Below the pieces are notes generated by a model. The model was not told the origin of the DNA and ran no database searches. It saw only the letters and a program-made list of their open reading frames with translations. From Acetoanaerobium sticklandii (GTDB lineage Bacteria > Bacillota > Clostridia > Peptostreptococcales > Filifactoraceae): a stretch of 32,000 nucleotides of DNA. The stretch is from positions 2,415,959 to 2,447,958 of the forward strand of contig NC_014614.1 of the NCBI RefSeq assembly GCF_000196455.1, written 5' to 3'. Shown here one piece after another: positions 26,949-32,000 of this stretch. The position numbers and the translations under genes are program-made. How positions within the stretch are numbered: the stretch's first letter is position 1; each line of letters starts with the position of its first letter.

Positions 26949-27560
26949 TTAAAACCTATCTTTAACTTTTTTTAATCTAAAAAAATCTTCACGCTCTTTT
27001 TCCTCTAGTACATCTTGGATATATTTGACTGCTTCTTCATATCGTGGAATCTGTATCTTATCCAGTGCATTAGCCCTTTTGCCGGTTTTTTTAATCTCCA
27101 TCGCTATCTTATAAACGGCATTTTCTATCTCTGCTAATTCATAAATTAAATATTTTATTTCTAGAAATTTTTTTGCCGCTATATCCATAGCAGGGTTCGT
27201 ACGATAAAAGCTGTAGGTCGGATGATCTTCTTTTTTTTCATACTCTACAGTAGGGACTTCTAATCCCATGATACTGCGGTACAAAATTTCAAAGGTCTCA
27301 TCCTTTGGTATAGAAAGAGCAATCTCTTGCACATTATTGATTCCTATAGTCATATTTACGACCTGAAGAGCTCTATAACCTTCTTCAAACTTTTCCTCAA
27401 CTAATTTTTGAATTTCATTTGCTTTTTCAACTAGCCCCATTACTTCTCTAATAAGTACGGTTCTTTTTTTATCCAGCAAAGAAAAACCTTTTTTAGAAAA
27501 ATCAAGGGCGTCCTTAGACTTCAATAAATTAGCTTTTGTAGGAGTAAATTCTTGTGACAT
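26949..27560 (-). CDS. atpD: V-type ATP synthase subunit D
   Basis: PTKANLLKSKDALDFSKKGFSLLDKKR N-terminal helix and a charged C-terminal helix typical of V/A-type D. Follows subunit B. Confidence 0.9.
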   Translation of the reverse strand: MSQEFTPTKANLLKSKDALDFSKKGFSLLDKKRTVLIREVMGLVEKANEIQKLVEEKFEEGYRALQVVNMTIGINNVQEIALSIPKDETFEILYRSIMGLEVPTVEYEKKEDHPTYSFYRTNPAMDIAAKKFLEIKYLIYELAEIENAVYKIAMEIKKTGKRANALDKIQIPRYEEAVKYIQDVLEEKEREDFFRLKKVKDRF

Positions 27561-27565
27561 TTACA

Positions 27566-28939
27566 TCAGCTCCCATAGTATTTATCTATGAATTCAGGTG
27601 AAATACGCTCTAATTCTTCTTTTGGCAGTACTCTTAGCACTTCCCAGGCTATATCTAGAGTCTCCTCAATACTTCTGCTTTCATCTACATCTTGAGTCAA
27701 GAATCTAGTTTCAAACTGCCTTCCAAATTCCATAAATTTCTGGTCTATATCAGAAAGATCTTCTTCTCCTATAATCTGAGAAAGGCTCCTTACTTCTTGC
27801 ACTCTAGAATACGAAGAAAACAGCTGAGATGAAACCTCGTCGTGGTCAGCTCTTGTCATGCCTTCTCCTATACCATCCTTCATAAGACGTGAAAGCGAAG
27901 GTAAGATATTAATAGGCGGATAAATATTTTTCTGATATAAATCCCTTGATAGCACTATCTGTCCTTCTGTTATATATCCAGAAAGGTCAGGTATCGGATG
28001 GGTTATATCGTCATTTGGCATAGTGAGTATCGGAAGAAGAGTAACAGAGCCCTTTGCTCCATCTAGCATTCCTGCACGCTCATAAAGCTGAGCGAGGTCA
28101 CTATATAGATATCCAGGATAGCCCTTTCTACTAGGCACCTCTTCTCTAGCAGAGGATATCTCACGAAGTGCCTCTCCGTAGCTTGTCATATCAGTCATGA
28201 TAACTAGAATATGCATGCCCTCTTCATAGGCTAAATATTCAGCCGCAGTAAGTGCACATCTAGGCGTAGTAATACGCTCAACTACAGGCTCGTCAGCCAG
28301 GTTCAAATACATTACAACTCTTTCTAGCACTCCCGAAGATTCAAAGCTCTTTCTAAAATAATCTGCATCATCGTGCTTTACACCCATAGCTGCAAATACT
28401 ATAGCAAAGTTTTCTTCTTCTCCTCTTACCCTAGCCTGCCTTGCTATCTGAGCCGCAAGTTCGTTGTGTGGCATACCGTTTCCAGAAAATATAGGAAGCT
28501 TTTGTCCTCTTATAAGAGTCATAAGTGAATCAATGGCCGATATTCCAGTTTCCAGATAGTTTCTAGGGTAACGTCTAGAAATCGGATTCATAGGTCTACC
28601 GTTTACATTGTGCTTTTTACTACTATATACCTGAGGTCCGTCATCCACTGGCATCCCTATTCCATTAAAGGTTCTGCCTAGAATATCTTTTGATAGCGGA
28701 ATTTCTAGGGGATGTCCTGTAAATCTTACCGAGGTGTTTTCTGTAGATATTCCTTGAGTGCCTTGAAATACCTGAGCTATGATAGCTTTTTCATCTACCA
28801 TAACCACTTTGCCTTTTCTTTTATTCTTTCCATCTACTACTATATCTATAATCTCACCGTAGGCTACATCCTCAGCTCCTGAAAGAGATATAAGCGAGCC
28901 TACCACAGTATCTAGCTTCAAATATTCCTTTGTATTCAT
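27566..28939 (-). CDS. atpB: V-type ATP synthase subunit B
   Basis: Non-catalytic B-subunit blocks: [56 protein letters not shown]. Confidence 0.96.
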   Translation of the reverse strand: MNTKEYLKLDTVVGSLISLSGAEDVAYGEIIDIVVDGKNKRKGKVVMVDEKAIIAQVFQGTQGISTENTSVRFTGHPLEIPLSKDILGRTFNGIGMPVDDGPQVYSSKKHNVNGRPMNPISRRYPRNYLETGISAIDSLMTLIRGQKLPIFSGNGMPHNELAAQIARQARVRGEEENFAIVFAAMGVKHDDADYFRKSFESSGVLERVVMYLNLADEPVVERITTPRCALTAAEYLAYEEGMHILVIMTDMTSYGEALREISSAREEVPSRKGYPGYLYSDLAQLYERAGMLDGAKGSVTLLPILTMPNDDITHPIPDLSGYITEGQIVLSRDLYQKNIYPPINILPSLSRLMKDGIGEGMTRADHDEVSSQLFSSYSRVQEVRSLSQIIGEEDLSDIDQKFMEFGRQFETRFLTQDVDESRSIEETLDIAWEVLRVLPKEELERISPEFIDKYYGS

Positions 28940-30724
28940 CTATATCACCTCCGTAATCGATGCGTATCTAGTAGCTAATTCATCAAAATACGAATCAATA
29001 CGATAATGAAGATCGTCTATCAGCGACAAATCCTCATTTGGCACTGTGTATTTCATTTTTATAACCTCATCAAAAATCTCTGGATTTCTGATTTCTGATA
29101 ACGGCAGGTTTGCCTTTACAGCCGCAAGTGCTCTAGTATGAAGATGGTAGATTACCTTTAGCATCTCATACTGCTTGAGAATAGGCACAAAGGTATCATC
29201 CTTGTGCATTGCATTTTGCTGTAAAAATCCTCTTTTTATAACCTTTGCAATCTCTAGTGTAAGCCTTTGGTCATCAGGAAGCACATCCTCACCTACTAGC
29301 TGAACTATAGAGTTAAGCTTTTCTTCCTCATGCAAGATAAAGAGCATCTTTTCTCTTATTTCCAGCACATCCTCGCTTACATTTTCATAGTACCAGTTGC
29401 GAAGAGATTTGCTATATCCACTATAGCTAGTAAGGTATCCTATAGCAGGATAGTGCCTAGCATAAGCTAGTTTTCTATCTAGAGCTAAAAACGCATTTAC
29501 GAAACGCTTTGTGTTTTCCGTTACAGGCTCTGAGAAATCTCCTCCAGGAGGCGATACAGCGCCGATAATAGTAACAGAGCCTTCTACTCCTGATAAGCTT
29601 CTTACAAAGCCTGCTCTTTCATAAAACTGAGCTAGTCTAGAAGGAAGATAAGCTGGATAGCCTTCCTCTGCTGGCATCTCTTCAAGACGTCCTGAAATCT
29701 CACGAAGAGCCTCAGCCCATCTAGATGTAGAGTCTGCCATTATGGCAACATGGTACCCCATATCTCTAAAATACTCAGCCATAGTAATTCCTGTGTATAT
29801 GCTCGCCTCTCTAGCCGCAACTGGCATGTTAGAGGTATTTGCAATTAATATAGTTCTCTCCATAAGCGGCTTTCCAGAGCGAGGGTCAATCAGCTTAGGA
29901 AAATCCTCTAGTACCTCAGTGATTTCATTTCCACGCTCCCCACAGCCTATATAGACTATTATGTCTGCATCTGACCATTTTGCGAGCTGATGCTGAGTCA
30001 TAGTTTTTCCTGTTCCAAAACCTCCAGGAAGAGCCGCAGTTCCTCCTTTTGCTATAGGAAAGAAAATATCAAGAACCCTTTGCCCAGTAATCAATAATCT
30101 ATCTATAGCCATTCTTTCCTTTACAGGTCTTGCTTCTCTTACTGGCCACACCTGATGAAGCTTAAGTGGATACATCCTATCGCTGCATGAAACAGTCGCA
30201 ACTACCTCGTCTATAGTATATTGACCAGAAGGCTTCACATCTTTCAGATTTCCGCTTACTCCTGGTGGAATTAGCAATTTATGAACTATAAGAGAAGTCT
30301 CCTGAACTGTAGCATAGATTTCTCCACTTTCCACGTAATCATCTTCTGATACTAGAATAGTTACATCCCAGAGCTTTTCCTTGTCCAAAGATAAAAGTCC
30401 TATTCCTTCTGCTATAAACCCACCTGATATTTTTTCTATAGCCTCAAGTGGACGCTGAATTCCATCAAATACATTCCCTATCATACCAGGTCCAAGAGTA
30501 AGAGATAGAGGATTGCCTGTTGAATATACGTTTTCTCCAGATTTTAGTCCCTCGGTTTCTTCATAAACCTGAATAGTGCCTGTGTCCCCATCTAGAGAAA
30601 TAACTTCGCCTAGAAGCTTCTTTTCTCCTACCATAACCATCTCTCTTACTTTAAATCCTGTCATGTTTTTTGCCCCTACAACAGGACCATTGACGGAAAT
30701 GGTAATAGCTGTTTTTTCCATCAT
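28940..30724 (-). CDS. atpA: V-type ATP synthase catalytic subunit A
   Basis: Walker [62 protein letters not shown] start overlaps the upstream stop (ATGA). Confidence 0.97.
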   Translation of the reverse strand: MMEKTAITISVNGPVVGAKNMTGFKVREMVMVGEKKLLGEVISLDGDTGTIQVYEETEGLKSGENVYSTGNPLSLTLGPGMIGNVFDGIQRPLEAIEKISGGFIAEGIGLLSLDKEKLWDVTILVSEDDYVESGEIYATVQETSLIVHKLLIPPGVSGNLKDVKPSGQYTIDEVVATVSCSDRMYPLKLHQVWPVREARPVKERMAIDRLLITGQRVLDIFFPIAKGGTAALPGGFGTGKTMTQHQLAKWSDADIIVYIGCGERGNEITEVLEDFPKLIDPRSGKPLMERTILIANTSNMPVAAREASIYTGITMAEYFRDMGYHVAIMADSTSRWAEALREISGRLEEMPAEEGYPAYLPSRLAQFYERAGFVRSLSGVEGSVTIIGAVSPPGGDFSEPVTENTKRFVNAFLALDRKLAYARHYPAIGYLTSYSGYSKSLRNWYYENVSEDVLEIREKMLFILHEEEKLNSIVQLVGEDVLPDDQRLTLEIAKVIKRGFLQQNAMHKDDTFVPILKQYEMLKVIYHLHTRALAAVKANLPLSEIRNPEIFDEVIKMKYTVPNEDLSLIDDLHYRIDSYFDELATRYASITEVI

Positions 30725-31350
30725 AGAGTCTCACCTCTTCTTATCGCATCGTGAAGCATCTGCCCTAGGTCTTCCCTTTTTAGATATAGAGCCTCTGCAA
30801 AGGTTTTGTTAAGCCTGATAGTCTGTCTTTCGTTTTCTAGTACAAAGCCTCCTATATAATTAAGCTCTGCTTCAATTATTGTGTAATTTTCAAACCCTGC
30901 TTTTTTAAGAGCTGACTCTGCCGCTTCCTTTGCTTTATTAAAGTTAGTCGGTGGTATGGAAACATAGATATGCTCCTCGCTTAAAAAAGCCTCAAGAGAA
31001 GTAAGCATAGTAGCTTCTATATGCTCCTTATACTTATCTGTCTGCATGAAATCTCTTATCTTGTCTTCTATCTTTGCAAGCAAGTCTCTTAATATTTCCT
31101 CGTTCTTCTTTAGATACAGCTTTCTCTCTTGCTGAATCATAGTAGAAATCGCTTCTGATTTTTGTCTTTTAATTCTTTCTATCGCAGCTTTTTTAGTACG
31201 GTTTGCATTTGACTCTAAAACCTGCTTTTCCTTTTCCAAAAATTCTTTTATCTCATCATCTTTATTTAATATCTGCTCATCTATCTCTTTTTGAACCTTC
31301 TCATCTACTAGTTTTTTAAACAAACTCAGTTTTTGTTCTAAGGTTACCAT
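30721..31350 (-). CDS. atpE: V-type ATP synthase subunit E (209 aa)
   Basis: Long charged N-terminal coiled coil followed by a globular C-terminal domain (...IGGFVLENERQTIRLNKTF...) typical of V/A-type E. Positioned immediately upstream of A. Confidence 0.75.
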   Translation of the reverse strand: MVTLEQKLSLFKKLVDEKVQKEIDEQILNKDDEIKEFLEKEKQVLESNANRTKKAAIERIKRQKSEAISTMIQQERKLYLKKNEEILRDLLAKIEDKIRDFMQTDKYKEHIEATMLTSLEAFLSEEHIYVSIPPTNFNKAKEAAESALKKAGFENYTIIEAELNYIGGFVLENERQTIRLNKTFAEALYLKREDLGQMLHDAIRRGETL

Positions 31351-31360
31351 TTAATCACCT

Positions 31361-31672
31361 CTATATTTTTATACCTACGGATTCGTTGATGTGCTTAGTA
31401 ATATAATTTGCATCTCTTCTTTGTCCATGGCGATCTGGAATTTCAACTATCAAAGGATATTTCCTATGAAGCTTAAGGGACATAACTTCCTTTTCGACTT
31501 TTTCAAGAATAAGCTCAGTAAGGATTAATATTCCTATACTAGAATCATCTAGAGCCTGCTTCATAGCTTCTAAAATTTCTTCTCTTTCATGCACGATAAC
31601 TCCGTTTATACCTGCTAGTCTCATAGCTACATAGGTATCCCTGTTATCACTGATGAGGAAGGATTTCATCAT
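31361..31672 (-). CDS. atpF: V-type ATP synthase subunit F (103 aa)
   Basis: ATP-synt_F-like pattern: ISDNRDTYVAMRLAGINGV...IGILILTE...PLIVEIP. Confidence 0.85.
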   Translation of the reverse strand: MMKSFLISDNRDTYVAMRLAGINGVIVHEREEILEAMKQALDDSSIGILILTELILEKVEKEVMSLKLHRKYPLIVEIPDRHGQRRDANYITKHINESVGIKI

Positions 31673-31684
31673 AACTATCCACTC

Positions 31685-32000
31685 CTAAAGTCTTCCTAAA
31701 ATCAAAATAGAAATAATAAGTCCATAAATAGCGATACCTTCTGCTAGACCTACGAAAATAAGTGTCTTACCAAGAATTTTTTCATCCTCAGATACAGCCC
31801 CTAGAGCTGATGAACCAACCGCTCCAACTGCATATCCCGCTCCTATAGTAGCCATCCCTGTAGATAAAGCTGCTGCTATATAGCCTAGCCCTGAACTACT
31901 AGTTGCGGCACCCTCTGTCGCTGCAAACACTAAATCAGGAACCATTAATAAAATAGCCATAGCTGCAAGAGGAGCAAATCCTGTGATATTTGCTATAAGG
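31685..32000 (-). CDS. atpK: V-type ATP synthase proteolipid subunit K (start uncertain; frame still open at the window edge)
   Basis: Two-helix c-ring hairpin with Gly-rich helix 1 (MATIGAGYAVGAVGSSALGAV) and the carrier Glu in helix 2 (GLAEGIAIYGLI). The tracked Met at 31960 has no RBS, and the frame stays open upstream to nt 32000 (LIANITGFAPLAA...). Confidence 0.85.
   Translation of the reverse strand, partial: LIANITGFAPLAAMAILLMVPDLVFAATEGAATSSSGLGYIAAALSTGMATIGAGYAVGAVGSSALGAVSEDEKILGKTLIFVGLAEGIAIYGLIISILILGRL

Noticed and set aside
277-30812. Eighteen 66-123-aa ORFs in the track that lie antisense to, or out of frame within, long conserved genes: 277-477, 389-616, 2207-2428, 2702-2998, 5866-6111, 7146-7385, 8181-8423, 9531-9749, 15651-15962, 16106-16336, 18600-18836, 20226-20597, 21627-21953, 23101-23379, 24036-24266, 24789-25034, 29742-29954, 30576-30812.
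   Set aside because: Each overlaps a CDS with an unmistakable family signature. Their products are Ser/Leu/Phe/Ile-rich low-complexity strings, typical of the antisense of K/E-rich coding DNA. None has a convincing RBS. They are shadow ORFs, not genes.
1-32000. Search for CRISPR repeats, tRNA/rRNA, IS elements, integrases, phage or defence-island signatures, and compositional breaks.
   Set aside because: No regularly spaced direct repeats, no cloverleaf-like GC-rich segments (the only GC-rich structured RNA is the FMN riboswitch), no transposase- or recombinase-like ORFs. Every long ORF has a housekeeping identity in conserved synteny.

Overview
This is a densely coded, AT-rich window that reads like the core chromosome of a motile, anaerobic low-GC Firmicute (Clostridia-type). 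From left to right it contains:
- the 3' part of glutamate dehydrogenase (+);
- a minus-strand three-gene operon (NuoE-like, NuoF-like, and a 1195-aa fused flavo-iron-sulfur protein) of the HydABC/Stn/Hyl type, a candidate electron-bifurcating NAD(P)H/ferredoxin enzyme, directly downstream of rex;
- a YdiF-type ABC-F ATPase (+) converging on tsaE-tsaB-rimI-tsaD (-);
- an FMN-riboswitch-controlled RibU-type riboflavin transporter;
- tex;
- a small late-flagellar block (847-aa FliK-like protein, stand-alone FlhB C-terminal-domain protein, flagellin, FliS);
- a divergent DUF327/YaaR gene with a sigma-28-type promoter;
- degV;
- prfB (programmed +1 frameshift, reconstructed here), secA and long-form hpf;
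- the distal part of a V-type ATPase operon (K-F-E-A-B-D).

Gene order mirrors my recollection of the Bacillus subtilis ydiB-to-rex and hag-yvyD-secA-prfB neighbourhoods. I found no tRNA/rRNA, CRISPR array, IS/transposase, integrase, toxin-antitoxin or recognisable defence genes, and no obvious compositional island. I therefore do not see a clear-cut novel system here.

The items most worth follow-up are:
- the fused Stn/Hyl-like redox complex;
- the tightly linked (probably translationally coupled) FliK-like/FlhB-CTD pair beside flagellin;
- the sigma-28-type promoter on DUF327;
- the long leader of the ABC-F gene (hairpin, uORF, Rex-like box).

All calls come from reading the translated ORFs and nucleotide motifs by eye. 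No database search or folding program was run.
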